In this document: piece by piece, positions 12,840-26,675 of the stretch
Layout: each line of letters begins with the position of its first letter
How positions within the stretch are numbered: position 1 is the first letter of the stretch
Program-made: the position numbers and the translations under genes
Assembly: GCF_009834535.1 (NCBI RefSeq)
Contig: NC_045696.1
Coordinates: 48,238,001-48,302,000, forward strand
Length of the DNA: 64,000 nt
Origin: Camelus ferus
Taxonomy: Eukaryota
Direction: 5' to 3'
The notes under the pieces: generated by a model
What the model was told of the DNA's origin: nothing
The model's database searches: none
Seen by the model: only the letters and a program-made list of their open reading frames with translations

Positions 12840-14420
12840 AAAGTTTTCATTATAAAATCAATTCATTTGATTGGTTGAAAAATTCACACTATATAGAGAA
12901 TTAAATAAAATATAAAATCTAGTTGGCTTCTTCCCTTTCCAATATCCATCCCTAGCCAATTTCATTTTCCAAAGGAAACTGCTGTTAACTGTTCACTTTT
13001 CTTTTAATTGCCCCTCAAATTTCAGATAATAAACTTATTTAATATATGATTTATTGACTTTTCAAATTAATACAGTGCCTGAGCATTCTCTACCATAAAA
13101 ATAAGAACTTGTGTATACTCAACTTTTCTTTCAATTCTCCATTTTACCTTTCAGTTTTTGTTAGTCACTATTACCATTTTTATGTTGCCAAACTTCATAG
13201 AGTTTCATTCTGTTCTTTAAACATTAAGCTTCCATTGCTATGTTTAGATTGATTACAAATAATCAAAGACTAAGAGGCACCATTTACAGTATAGTTTTCT
13301 AAATATTTTATGATATGAAGTCAAGAACGTGAAAGGACCCATAGAAAATAAAATATGATCCTAACGAATAAAAAATTCACATTTCAAAAAAGACCCTTTC
13401 AATTGTTAATGTCAAATAAACTTTTTTTTCTGTTCTGTTTCCTGCAGGCCTTCTGGATAATATATAATGCATGGGTGGTAAATTTTCTGAGTTCTGGCAT
13501 TATAAAACTAGAATGTAAAACTGATTCTGTATTGCTCTCTCATTTTCTTGGTAATTTGGCAGGGTAGACAATGTAATATTCCAAATATTTTTCACCAAGA
13601 ATTTGAAGACATTCTTTCACCCCTTGCTTAATATAAGAAAATCTTTGTCAGTGGTATATGATTTTCACTTAGGTGGTCCAGGAGTAGTTAATGAACACCT
13701 CCACTTATGCAGGTAAGTTTTATTTCTCTGTAGAAGTTCTCAGCATTTTCTCTTTATCCTTAGAATTCATAGGGCTGTGTCTAGGAGTTGGTCTTTTTTT
13801 CTCAAAAATCCTTCAAGTCTTTTCAGTCTGAAATTTCTTCATATTAGGAGAATGTTCTATTGTATTCTGATTGGACCCTCTCTCCATTGTTTCTGCTTCC
13901 TCCTCTGAAAATATTTTTAAAAGGCTGTCAGACTTTCTGGAATCTGCATAATTTCCCCCTCAATTTCTCTGTGTCTGTTTTACTTTACCATCTTATAACT
14001 GGTCTTTAAAATCAAAATCACTAACTTGGTTTTCAGCCACATTCTCTTTTCTACCACTCACTCCATATGTATAAAGTCACAATGATTGCCTTGTTTTCTG
14101 ATGTTTTTTTCTTTGTTACCTGTGATAATAATTTAAGATATTATTCAAAGTGACTAAATTTTTTCTACTAGGATCCTTTATTTCATATGTCCTACTTCAC
14201 ATTATTGATAATATTTATATACCTTGTAACTCTTTGTGACTGAAAAAACTATAATGGTTAGAATAAGTAAGTGTTTCCTCTGACTTTGGTAAGTCTTTTC
14301 TCAACAGATTTTTCCCTTGAATAAAGGTTAGGGAACAGTAGCCTGTGCAGATTAGGCAAGCATGTAGGCAGAACAGCTTTCCCACTGGATGTGTGAAGGG
14401 AGTTTATCTGAACACATAGC
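12840..14420 (-). mobile_element. Ancient L1-related element (HAL1/L1ME-like), antisense
   Basis: T-rich antisense ORF1-like text ('ttttcaccaagaatttgaagacattc', 'cattttctctttatccttagaattc'); roughly colinear with 34400-37330. Confidence 0.55.
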
Positions 14421-15920
14421 AGATCACTGTAATGTAGGAGAAAAATGAGCTAAGATAATTATTTATTGGTGTCTCCATTGGGAACTCATGGTGTAGTGAA
14501 ACTTGGCTTTTCCCTGTTCTTCAACAAAATCATTTTCTAGTAACTATTGCTAAGTTCTTATGTCTCTTCTCTGAACTTTTTAAAAATATGCATTTTAAAT
14601 GAAACTGTGATAATTAACCTTTGTTAAGAAGGTTGTCTTATTGCTCTTTGATAAACATCCTATTGTTAATGGAAGTGTTATTTTATAGTCCTTATTGATA
14701 TTGCAAATCTTCACCATGAGAAACAAAGAGGACCAAGAGTAAAATAGAAATGATAGAGAAATGATACATTCCTGGGAAAAGAAAAGTGATACCATCTCAC
14801 AGTGAAATATTTCAGAGCTTGTTGAAAAGCATGTGAGAAAACTAAAGAAGTTTAAAAACATATGAAATAAAGATGAGGCAGAATAATGCTTCCTGAATAG
14901 ATAGACTGACAAGAAACTCTTAATAGCAAATGGAAAAGCATGTTTAAAATTTCTCAACACTCCTTGTTCTTTCTCAATCTCTTGTAATGAATGAGTGCAA
15001 CACAAAGAAATGAGACAAGGTGTGATGTTTGTCCTTCACAGGTGGTGTCTGATGAGAAGTCCTGATAAACTCTTTTGAAATATACCACATGGCCATCTAG
15101 GGCACTGATTTGAAGGCCAATCTTCTGCTCAGTTCAATGTTAGAAGGTCAGTGCTTGCTTGAGTAGAAGAGGACTTTTATTTACTTTCATTTTATTCTTC
15201 TTTTAAAAAGAATCACATACTTTTCCAGCTTGTATTCATTTATGATTAGGAAAAGTTATTTCCAGGTTAAAAATAAAACCTGGGTTTTAATATATGGGAT
15301 AGAATTAATATGAAAGATATTACCTAGTTTCTAAATTAACTCAAATATTATTTTATTACTATTATATTGATTTCCATTTTTATAGTCATGCTCTACTGCA
15401 AAAGCAACAGTTTGGTCTGCTTACCAAGTAAAAAATTACTTCATTATTGGGGATACCAACTGGCACATCCCAAGAGCTCATGTTTTTAATAACAAATAGA
15501 AGGTACAGCCTAAGGTAAGAATGTCAACACAGTTGTGCTGGATTGAATTCACTTTATCTTCAAAGATCCAACATGTTGTTTTGATGTTCTGTAGCTCCCC
15601 ATATATAGATTTTCATTGGTTTAAGGTCAATGATTTTTCTTATAGACACGGAGTCAGAGAAAAATGACGAAAATTGTTGACCTAATATAATGTGTGTGTG
15701 TGTGTGTTCATGGAAAATATTTTGAGAGAGATTTACCAACCCTTGCTAGGATGATCCACTTTGTCACTGACACTTTATCTTGAGAAATGTATGCTGGCAC
15801 GCAAGGATGCAGAATTTAATCACTAGAGGGCTTTGGTCTTTGGCCTTATTACTTCTGTGCTGACCAATAGGGCACAGAACGAAAACTGTGACTACAGTGT
15901 TTGTTTTTTGTCGGACTGTT

Positions 15921-15977
15921 CTATCTGTCTGTCTGTCTGTATGTCTATCTATCTATCTATCCATCCATCTATCTATA
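15921..15977. repeat. Compound tetranucleotide microsatellite (TCTG)n(TCTA)n(TCCA)n
   Basis: Read directly from the sequence. Confidence 0.9.
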
Positions 15978-18309
15978 TGTGTCCTAGATTATACCAGTTT
16001 TGACCTATGAGTCCAGTTATTTTATGATGTTTATTCTATAGTTATAAGAAAAACAATGTGGAGAGTGTCATTAAAAGTAAAAATGAGGGATATTTCTTGC
16101 CGACCCCTTGGCTGATGTCACCTGCAGTTAGATTACACCTGGGAAGGACGATATTTGCTTTACGAATCTCCTCAAAATTCAACATTCACAACTGAAATGA
16201 CCCTAAGGAGCCAAATAAAGAGAAAACTCACACATTATCATTTTATGGTTTGGGTAATGCTGGTATTTTTGTTAACTGATCAGAAGAGTTTGAATCTTTT
16301 TTTTTTTTTTTAATTCAGTAAACCCTATTATTCTGAGTGGTCCTGTCTCCTGGGAATACATCACATGCTGTAGCAATAGTTCACCATGTGTTCAATACAG
16401 AAGCTCAAGTTAACTGTGGGTGCCTGGACTTTTGCTTGGACTAATAATCTGTGTGTGGACCTAGAGCCTCTCTCTGGTGTCCAGTGAAGCTTCCAAAGCT
16501 AACTTTTATTTAAAGTTATGGTAAATGTTAATGCATTTGGAGTTAAGTTTTATTTGTCTTATGTAAATCAGTTCCCCTGTCTTTGAAATCCACCATTTTG
16601 TTTTGCCCTGGCATATTTAAAACATATCATGATTTAGGTTAACGTCAAAGATGAAATACAATAGACCATTTGCTCCACAAGAACTTGGGAAATGTGGGTC
16701 ATTCTTGCAAGGATCTCTGCAAACTTCCATTAACATATGGCACACAGACATGGCTTGCTTTCTCTCCAGTCATTAAGTTTGTACAGTTCCAACCAATATT
16801 CCACTTAAGGCCTAGTACTGGATTTTTAAAGTTCCTGCTTAATACCAATGAATACAAGCATAATTGGAAGGTCCAATACATAAATATAAAAGCATTTTCT
16901 ATTAAGTGATAATAAGAAATGGCCCCTGTGTGCCTTTTGAACCAAATATGTATGGACGATATATGTATAATATGCATGTATAACATTACAAAATGCATTT
17001 AGCTCATTTCATTGTGAGAACAGACTTTTGTTTCTCCTTGTATCAGTAGGGGCATAGATTCATGAGAAAATATCTTGCATCAAAAGTACAGTTTTCAAGC
17101 CACAGCTGAGTGAAAACCTTTTCATAAATTCTATTCATACTATATTTACCAGTGTCCTTAACTCAGCTGCACTTGAATTTTAGTACCTTTAAGAAAGTTC
17201 ATTCAGCTGCCCTGAAATTGAAAAAGACACCCACACGTAAACATAATTAATATAGACATTTAAATGAAACTTTTCAAAGAGACTGAGAGAGATTGCAGCA
17301 TAGGAAGGCATATAACCTTCTACTAAGTGTACTGTTTTCAAGGTATTTTACCTCCTTGATGTGTATAGCTACTGAAGGTTGTAAAGGTTCATATAGAGAG
17401 ACAAAAGAACGTTCCTGGTGGGGGATGCATGGCATCAACAAGGTTAGCTATGAAACAAAGAAGATGTTTTTGAAAAGCATATTGTATATATTGAATACTC
17501 AATCACGTATATTGTGATACAGTTCTTTCAGTGTATTTTCACAATCCACAGAATAAATCACATTGATACCATGATTCTTTTTAACAACCCAGCATGTGTC
17601 TATGCTATTATTTTTGAAACATTAAAAAAAAGACAAAAAGTTCCTCATTGCATAGAAGGATAGAATATGACCCCTACCTTGAATATCTTTATAAGAAAAA
17701 AACAATATATTTCTCAAAAATAGCTTTGCACTTCAAGTTTGGGAAGTCTTGCTCAATAAAATACTAAATTGTTCCTTCTCTTTAACTGTTACCACATCAA
17801 GAATCTAGAGTTGAAGCAGGAAAAATTAAAATCTCATGAAGAGGGTGAAAGGAAAAAAAAAAGGCACAATGTGTTCTACTGCTGAAAGATAGGAGTTTTA
17901 ACAAATGATATCACAAGAGATCCTTGGGAATTTATGGGTACAGTCTCTAAAACATCATGTAGAAAAGCTGTATTCTGTGGGTCAAATAAAAACACCGACA
18001 TTGAAGGAAATGTAGAAGCTGAAAAGGAGTAACAGAATTATTTAGAATGTGTTTACAGAAAAATAAAAATAAACAGAAAAAAATTGGATTTTCTGTTTTG
18101 CTCAGGGAATATGACCAGATAAGTCAAAGACTTGAAAAGAATGACCTCAAAGGATGATTATTTCAAATGAGATATCAGAATAAAACACACTGTGTAGCTA
18201 AAGGCTGTGCATTTGTACTCTTGGCATATTTATATAATGAAAAAGTGTATTTAGTGTTTGTATAACTGCTTGTTTTGGAGGAAGAGACAGAGAGACAGTC
18301 AGCTGCTAG

Positions 18310-18745
18310 TGGGTGCCTTCTAAGTCCCAGAAACTTTGCCTGGTGCTTCTAGTACTTCTCATTTAAATGTCATGAAACTACAAGAGGAAGCCACTTAAGC
18401 TCCCATTTTACAAGTGAGTCTTACATGGCTTGGGAGCTTGCCCAGTTTCAGTTCCACCCCCCTGCGAATGTCACTACAAACTCTGGTCACTCTCACTTGA
18501 AGACTGATGTTCCTCCTACTCTACTATGCTGACGTCTTACATTTTCAAGCTTTATTATTTTTTATGTTTTCTCATTTGATTCTCATGAGAATTCTGTAAA
18601 ATTGATCCAAAACAAATGAATGTCCTCATTTTAGCAATAAGGAAAGGAAAATCACAATAGAAAAACTGATGTATTATATTTCTATTTTGTGACAGAGGTG
18701 ATTTTTTTTTTGGATCCAAGTCTCAAATACCAGATTATTATCTTT
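18310..18745 (-). mobile_element. Two degenerate MIR fragments
   Basis: 'ctcatttaaatgtcatgaaac..cccattttacaagtgag' and 'ctcatttgattctcatgag..cctcattttagcaataaggaaa'. Confidence 0.55.
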
Positions 18746-19539
18746 TCCCTATTATATTATGCTTCTAATGGCACCAGGTTGGATGGTAAAATGCTTATAT
18801 AGAGATAATTCATAGTCAGGACCTAAGCTTTATATGTATTTGGAATTTGTGCACATCCAGGATTATTGGCCATGTTGACTCCAGTGTCATTTACCAGAGG
18901 GGCCTTTGTAACCTGATAGGACAGACCCTAATGAGATGGTCTCTGGCTATAAGCTGGGCCCTGAGTTAAGACCATCTAATACTTCAGAACAGCGGCCTCC
19001 CACTAGGAGGACTGAGGAAGAGTTCAGGGAAACAAGGTAAGTATGGGAATCCAGTTTGCGATCAACAGGAGGACTTACTTGAGGGCATGGCATTGCACCA
19101 TCACTCAGTTATGTTCTGACCAAAATTATCTTTATGTATTTCACGTTCCCAGGACTGATAAAAGGTCAAGAAAGTAAAAATGTATTAAAGTATAAGTTAA
19201 ATGAAAAAGTAGTATCACTGGAGGCATAGCAAAACTTGGGGTGTGTAAAGCATTTGTGTCTTGTGGCCTAACACCAGAATTTAACTTAGATTAGGGGAAA
19301 GGACTTCCTCAGGTTTCAGCATTGTAACTTACAGAGCAGGACCAGTAAGTAGAGAGCACGTGTGTGATGGCCCAGTGTGACAGCAGGGCTAGCCTGTGAG
19401 AGCACCGAGGAGAGAGGGCAGCTCAGCAAGAATTTGCATATTTTATGTTTTGGTTTCTAGGTTTTCCAAATAATAAATACAACATTTGCAAATACTGCAG
19501 TAGACATTTACTAATTATACTAATAGTCAAGTGGTACTA

Positions 19540-20285
19540 GTATTTATTGAATGTTTAAGGTATATTAGAAACAGAACTATATGTTTTCCATGTGATGGAA
19601 GAAATCGTCACAAAGTGAGGTCTGGGGAAGTCGTTCTAGCCTATGCAGGACTGGACTTACACTTTATGCTAACTAGAACAGTCTGTTTTGTGGCCTATTA
19701 ACCATATATTTCCTTTAACTGTTGAAGAGAAGGGTGCACCATCCAGAAGAATGTCCATTTTGAGGACAGAAATAAATGCCTCCCTTCCTGGGACGTCCTT
19801 TGATGATAAAGTTCCCTTCCCAGGCCCCAAGGCTATGCTGACTCCCCGTCCTGTGTACATGCTGGTCTTTTTTTTTTTTTTAAACTCTGAAGGGATGTAC
19901 CCTGTTGTGTTTGATGTTTTTTCTTCTGACAAGATACAAGACTGTGCTGAAAACCATGCTCCTTTGGAACAGTTCCTTAGAGCTATTTGAGAGGCTGTCT
20001 CCTGGGCAGAATATATAGTCCTCAGTTTGGCTTTAATACAACTCTCTTCTAGTCTTATGATAGATTGGTTATTGATTATTTATATCAACATATGTATTAT
20101 CTCATTTAATTCTAACATAAACTGTATTTGGCAGGTATCATTATTATTTTTGTTTTATAGGTGAAAAAAGTGCAGGCATAAAGAGGCTAAATAATCAGTC
20201 AAAAATCAAACAACCATTAGATGACAGACCCACGCTTAACTCCGACAGTCTCTCTAGAGGCCACACACTTAACCACTATGTATTA
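19540..20285 (-). mobile_element. MIR split by the LTR at 19593-20090
   Basis: Joining the flanks restores antisense MIR 'tttccatg|tattatctcatttaattc...ttttataggtgaaaaaagtgcaggcataaagaggctaaataat...cttaaccactatg'. Confidence 0.75.
19593..20090 (+). mobile_element. ERV1-type solo LTR (~500 bp)
   Basis: TG...CA termini (tgatggaag...atcaaca); imperfect 4-bp TSD catg/tatg; ERV1-like 3' part 'gagaggctgtctcctggg..atagtcctcagtttggctttaatacaactc'. Confidence 0.8.
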
Positions 20286-20674
20286 CTCCCTTTCCAGTAA
20301 GACCTTTTATCAGAGATTAATTTTTTATTAGTATCAATGGCCATTAAAAAAAGTACCTGATTTAAAAAAATAAATTAGCAGATATTGAAATATTGAAAAT
20401 AGCTAAAGTGTGAATTTTGAGAAGATATAGAAGTGATGAATAATTTATTTAAAAATTGTATTTAGTAGTTTTAAATATTTTGTGCTATTTCAAGTGAAAT
20501 AAAGAAAAGAAAACAAAATCATTTCTAGCTGTTCAGTCAAAACTAATCTTTGTACTTTGTTTTGTTTAATTGAATTCTATTTTAGAAGCTCGTGTCTCTC
20601 ACATGTTTCCCAAAGTCTGCTGTTAATTCCAGTCACCACTGAATTGTTCTTCCATTATTCTTTTCCTCTATCAC

Positions 20675-20950
20675 TAATCATTTATTAAGTATCTACTAAG
20701 AGCCTTAACTCTGTTGATTGCCAGGCATGCAAAAGGTGAAAAGTCACAGACCCTGTTTTCAAGTAGGTAACAGTTCAATGAGAAAATGAGTAAGACCTTA
20801 AAGCCTGTGACAGAGGGGAAGAAACCTCTCAGAGCCATGGGAAGCCCAGCTCCCTTCTGCTGAGAAGACAACACCAAAGCTGCGAGCTGCTGGCGCCGTG
20901 CCAGCCTAGGAAGGAACAGTATTCCAGATGCTGGAAATCATGATGATGTT
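20675..20950 (-). mobile_element. L2 fragment, antisense
   Basis: 'catttattaagtatctactaagagcc...acagaccctgttttcaagtaggtaacagttcaatg'. Confidence 0.6.
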
Positions 20951-22424
20951 TGTTCTCAGTGGTTTTCATGAGCAGGCTTTCTTTGAGTCAGAACATGATA
21001 AAAAATCTTGATCCTCACTGAAAGGTTTCCAGAGGTTATCCTTTATTTTCAAACTTCCAGTGTTCCTTCGTGACTTGTTCCTTGACCAGGCTTCAGATAC
21101 TATACTTTGTTCTACTTTTTTCCCTCTCTTCTTGTTTTTAGGCTCTAGTGTGCTTATTTAGACTTTTGTTGCTCACTTGAGTTGCATCAAATTATAAGTG
21201 ATTCTGTCTAGCAGAAGTGATGTTACTGGCAAATGTATGAACACATGGGCTTAAGCTATATGACTGTTTCATGTAGTTACATCTCGAAATTTTTACTTTA
21301 GCTTGATCTTTAAAACAAAATTCCCAGTTACACAAATGTTTCTCATTATATTATTCCTTGCATAGTGGTCAAAGTAACCCTGGCAAAGAATTTTCATTTT
21401 ATACTGTAAACTGTTTCTACTATTCCTTTGCTGCAGACACATTTCTCTTTAATTTTACTGATCTCTAAGGTTCTCCTGACATTTGAAACTTTGCATCCTT
21501 CTCAATTTCTCTTCATTGTATTAATTTTCAATTTCCCAAGCTGAATCGCTTTTTAAAGTCCTCTTTAGACTTCCTGTGAGAGCCTTCTTGTCTTTTACAA
21601 TTTTTCTCATTTTCCCACTTTATATCATTTTAAAGCTTATTGCATTTATTTAGGAACTGATGTAAAGAGAATTGAATTCTTGGAGTAAGGTCCAGTCTGA
21701 CTCCCACACGCATGGGAAGATTCTGGCAAGGTCAAAATTTGGGAGCCATCAGCTGGGATGTTGAGTTAAAGTCTAAGTAAAAGTGAAAAGCGAGGGAAAG
21801 AGAAAAGCAGTGGATGTGCTTGCCCTTCTCCACTCCCCACACCCAGGCCAGATCTAACACGAAAGCAGGAAGATGTCCTCCATTGAGGCAGTCATACATC
21901 ACAAGCCATATTTCCAGGGAACACCTTTATCAAACCTAATAATTTGACTGTGAATCTCTAAGAGCTTCTTTCCCACTTACATCACAAGGAAGGTTGTCTA
22001 AATTATTCTATCTCACAATATGGTCCTGTTGAATACTTCCTCAAATAGATTCTCAGAAACACCATTCTGGGAAATGTCAATAGTGCATCATGAAAAGTTA
22101 ACAAGTTAAAAGTTAAATTTTAAAAATGCCAAATACAGTGTATCCCCTTGAGTGCTCACTGTAAGTATTCTCATACTAATGGAGGAGAAAATTCCAGTGT
22201 AATAATATCTGTTTAACATTTTTAAGATTTCTAAAATGCATTCGATTAAGGAATCTTTTCGATATGCCACCTTCTTGTGCAAAAGCATTCAGAAATCTGG
22301 ATCCAAGTGAATTATTAGTTTCCTCTCAGATTCAACTCACTGAGCCACGTTATCCTTCACCCATTATAGGTATGATGTTGAATACAGAAGGTTAAATACT
22401 TAAAGACAAATGATCCTGAGAAGA

Positions 22425-22915
22425 CGCTGATTTTCCACATCCATTTCTTTTGATGCCCTTGGTGCACCTGTGACATCAGCTGTGGCTCTGGGACACAGCT
22501 CCTTTGTGTGCCGACAGCATGGCACTCCAAGTTCCTGCCCACTTTAGGACTTTTCTGTGACGTCTGCTAGATCGCTCACCCCAAACCACAGGGGGTTCTG
22601 AAAGTGCTGAGTTAGAGGCTTGGGAGAGGACATTAACCTGCGAGCAGCAACTCTCAGCCAAAAAGGTGAAAGATGAATGCCCTGCACTCTGTCCTTTGGG
22701 TAGATAATCCTAAAGTGTAGTCTGCACAGTTCCTCAGAGGGTCCTCAGTGGACCCAAGTTAATTTGCCCAGAGTGGTAACCAGTTCAATAACTTACACTT
22801 TATTAGGTTCCCTCCCATTCCTTTCTTACCTTCACTTCTGCTTCCTGAGGTCATTTCCCAAATAAGTTGAATTCTCATCTCAGGGCCCTCTTTTCAGGGA
22901 AACAAAATTAAGATA
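22425..22915 (+). mobile_element. ERVL LTR16A-like solo LTR
   Basis: 'tctgcacagttcctcagagggtcc', 'ttgcccagagtggtaaccagttcaataac', 3' 'ctgcttcctgaggtcatttcccaaataa..tctcagggccctcttttcagggaaac..aagata'. Confidence 0.75.
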
Positions 22916-23159
22916 ATCTTTCTTTCCTTTTCCAAGTGGCAGAAGTAGGGAAGAGTTAAGTCGACAGCTGGAAGGATGCATGTTCCTGGTTCCCTGATTC
23001 CCACAAGTCCATGTTATGTTTTGAGCTGCTGCTTTCCTATGGGCCAGGGTTATTTGAAGGAGATACAGTCAGATGGCCTCTTAGTTCTGCCATGTTGCCC
23101 TAAATCATGTCACTGAGCTTCTGCTTTGTTCTTAAAGGCATCTTCAATTTATAAAACAA

Positions 23160-23410
23160 CAATAATAATACCAATTATTATTTATGAAGCAATTTCGGCA
23201 AATCTGTACAATTTGCATAAAGATCATTCCATTTTCACAACTACCTATGTAGATACTATTGTTCTCATTTTACAGGTGCTAAAAAACCAAGAACCAGAAA
23301 AGTTAAATAATTTGCAGAAGATCATACTTCTGGTAATCAGCAGAGTGAGGATCAGAACTCACATCTGCGTGACTCTGGTCCAGACTTCAGCTGCTGCGCT
23401 CCACTGCCTA
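23160..23410 (-). mobile_element. MIR
   Basis: 'cacaactacctatgtagatactattgttctcattttacaggtg..aagttaaataatttgcagaagatcatac..gcagagtgaggatcagaactc'; contributes to ORF 23126..23617. Confidence 0.8.
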
Positions 23411-23419
23411 AACCCTACG

Positions 23420-23590
23420 TCTAAGTGGCTCCCGGAGATGTCTCTTGGAGACAGCTTCATCTGTAAGGCGAGGGTAACGATGCCACTTTGTTCAGAGTGC
23501 CGCCGGAAGTGTCAAATAACATGTGTGAACATAAGACAATGTCTTACAGACTTCATAAAAATTTTTTACTATATTATCATTATTCTCATT
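23420..23590 (+). mobile_element. MIR fragment
   Basis: 'cagcttcatctgtaaggcgagggtaacgatgccactttg..gtcaaataacatgtgtgaac'. Confidence 0.6.
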
Positions 23591-23839
23591 ATGACCGTTA
23601 TTACCAGAATGAGTTAGGGTTCATCTCCTTTTCTTGGAGTCTTTGAGGAGATCCTCTGCAGCCTCTGGCAGATGAGGAGAGAGTGCCAGCAGATGGCAGA
23701 GTATCTGGAAGTGCTTTAAGAGCTAAGACTAGTTGGCCAGTATCCAGTCACATGACCCCACCAAACTGCAAGGGAAGTTGAGAAATATAGGTATAGCAGT
23801 ATCTCATATGTTATCATCATCATTATTAATTTTGTTCAA

Positions 23840-24520
23840 AGTTAACATGTTCAGAAATGAACTCCACCCTTAAGATATATCCAGAATCTCATCATGTCTA
23901 CTGTAGATCCAACTGCACTTTTCTAGTTCAAGCCATTATTTCTCTAACTGATGTCCCTCGTCTACTCTTGCCTTTCTAAAAATGCATTCCCCAGTCAGAA
24001 GATAGGTCAGTCTCGTGATTCAATCATGTCTCCCCTGTTCAGAACTCTCCAGTGGACTTCCATCACACTTAGGACCAATGACAGATGCTCCGTTATCTGT
24101 CCTGTCTATTACATCTTTGATGTCTTCTCCTGCCATACTTCTTCCTGCCTGCCCAGGACTACAGACTTGCTCTTTCCTCTTCATGAAATTCTCTTCCCCT
24201 GTATCTTTGCATAAACCCCTTCCTTATTTCATTCAAATCTGTCCCCAGAATCACCTCCTCAAAGAGGCATTTTTAATCATTTCACCTAATACATGCCTCA
24301 GTTATTCTCCAGATCCTTAGTCTATTTATTTTTCTTCACAGCACTTCAAATGCCTAGTAATATATTGTATATTTATTTATTTACCAATTACATTGGGCTT
24401 ACCCCTCTAGAATAAGTTTCTTGGAACAAGGACTTTGTATAGTTCACTTCTGAAGTCCTAAGATTAAGACTCCCTGGCACGCAGGAAGCGTTTAATGATA
24501 TTTGATGAAAGGATGAATGA
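23840..24520 (+). mobile_element. L2 (L2a-like) 3' region
   Basis: 'atcatgtctcccctgttcagaactctccagtggacttccatcacactt', ending 'ccctggcacgcaggaagcgtttaatgatatttgatgaaaggatgaatga'. Confidence 0.8.
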
Positions 24521-24860
24521 TTGCTTGACTTCCTGCAGTGAAAACTTTAACTCTTGCTCGTCCTCATAGGACTCATTTTTATCTTCCACAGATTACAGTG
24601 CTTTCTCTGTACCCTACACCTCTTTTTATTTATTTTTATTTTTCATTTCTGAAGCTCTATAAACTGATGACAATGTCCATGGTGCTCACAGCCCAACTGT
24701 CTGGATGTCTGATCACAGTTGTTTTGCCCATGTTACATATAAAGAGAAATGCTATCCAGAGTTCCTGTTCTGATTTCATCATAATAGTCTAATTCTGCCT
24801 ATTTATGGTACCAGTTCGAAGCACTGATGCAGTCTTACAAGGTTGATTCACACACACCCT

Positions 24861-24940
24861 GTCTTCCTTCTTCCTTCCTTCCTTCTCTCTTCTCTCTCTC
24901 TGCCTCCCTCCCTCTCCGTCTCTCTCTCTCTTTCTCTCTC
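24861..24940. repeat. CT-rich simple repeat
   Basis: Read directly from the sequence. Confidence 0.85.
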
Positions 24941-26615
24941 AGAATAGCCATTCAGTCAGAAAATACAATCTGGAATAATCTGTAAGAAAAAAACAGTAAA
25001 TGGACAGTCATTATATTTGAATTTTTACAGTGTGTTTCCTGTTACTATTTCACACAAGGAAGCACAGTGAGTGACACTGTTCGTGTGGGCATCACCAGTA
25101 CTACTGCTGTGATGCACACTTACTACCAGTAGCAGCTGTTGTCTGGAGGAATTTGTCACTCTGCCCCTCAGATTCCAAAGTACTATAAAGAATCATCCAC
25201 GCACTGTTACCCTCCACAGTAAACATGCTCCTCAGAGATGTCTCTAGTTAGGGGAGACGTGACCGTAATTCTAAGGATGTTTCTTTTAACAGTCTCTTCT
25301 CTGTCTGAGAAACATGTTTCTACTAAATTCCCCGAGAAGGAAGAGGAATAAAAGCTTGATGCATTAAAATTTCTGTTCCAGGAGTAACTGGTTATGTGGC
25401 TGCCATTGTAAATTGTTGGTTTTGGTTTTACCACTTATAAAGTATGTAAATGCAAAAGCCTATTTTCCAATTTGTAGTTTAGTTCTTGGCCATAAATAAT
25501 CCAATTACTCCTGGATATAACTTGAAAGGATAACATCTATAAAGCACTATATGTTTCAGTTAAATTTTTATAAATAGATCCAATTTTGGCCAATTTGTAA
25601 AGAGAAACAATGTGCCAAGATCGTGAGAGATATAGAAACAGGAATCAGAATTTACAGTTCTAGCTTTGTTTCAGTTCATAACAGCTAACGCTCCTTCCCA
25701 AATTCAGAAAACTTCCTCCATGTACTCAAGTGTTCCTTGCATTATTTCATAAGAAACATACTGATTTTAGCTGTACTGTTTCAATAAACATCAATAGAGA
25801 TTTTCTTAGCTTAAAACAAGTCTATGCCAATTTGAAAAATAAGTCTGATAGCATTGCAGAAGTAATTCTAAATAAGGTTATTTACTTTGTTTTCTTTCTC
25901 TTTGTCTTCCCTTCTCTCTCCCTCACCCCATTTTTTTTTAGTTCCTAAAGCAAACAAAAAGCTGCAGGAGATAAACAAAGATAATATTAGCATTTCCCCA
26001 AATACCATTATGAACTGTCTCAGTTTTATGTCTTCAAAAAAAAAGTCATTTGCAACATAGTCAGTGACGGAGATGTTTACCAGGTCTGACTTAGATACAT
26101 CTTTCTATTTTAGAGCAACTTAAAACAGAGCAAATTCTTCACAAAACAAGCAAAAGAATTTTCATCTGTAAAGAAACTTCATTAGGAAAAAAATAATATA
26201 GTAACATATTGGCAGGTATTTAAAATCAGTACTTCATTTTTCTACTTTGTATCACACTGGACTGTTAGGAACCAGAAAGAGAAAATGTACGTAAAATAGC
26301 TTTGAAAGTTACAAAGCCTTGTTTAAAAGTAAAATAGTAATCAGATCTAATGCATGTGTATTAAGGATGTCATGAGAATTAATTTTCAGTAACACTGGGT
26401 TTGCTGCTTCTTCATCTGTGAAACCCCCCCATCACTCCTTCCTTTAGCATCTCTACTAGCTCCTGAGAGTTGACAGCTTCTATCCTCTCTACTCTTTTTC
26501 AGTCTGTCATGAAACACTAGAAACAAAAAACAGCACTAGTACATTGCCCACTCTACTAAAATATGAGCTGCTGTCCATTGAATGCAAATTCTCCTGAGCA
26601 TTACTGTCACTTAGA

Positions 26616-26675
26616 CATATGTATATATGTCATATATATATGTATATGTGTATGTGTGTGTATGTATATATATAT
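26616..26675. repeat. (TA)n/(TG)n compound microsatellite
   Basis: Read directly from the sequence. Confidence 0.85.

Noticed and set aside
23126..23617. Longest ORF in the track (163 aa)
   Set aside because: Non-ATG start; runs through two oppositely oriented MIR fragments; no recognisable domain.
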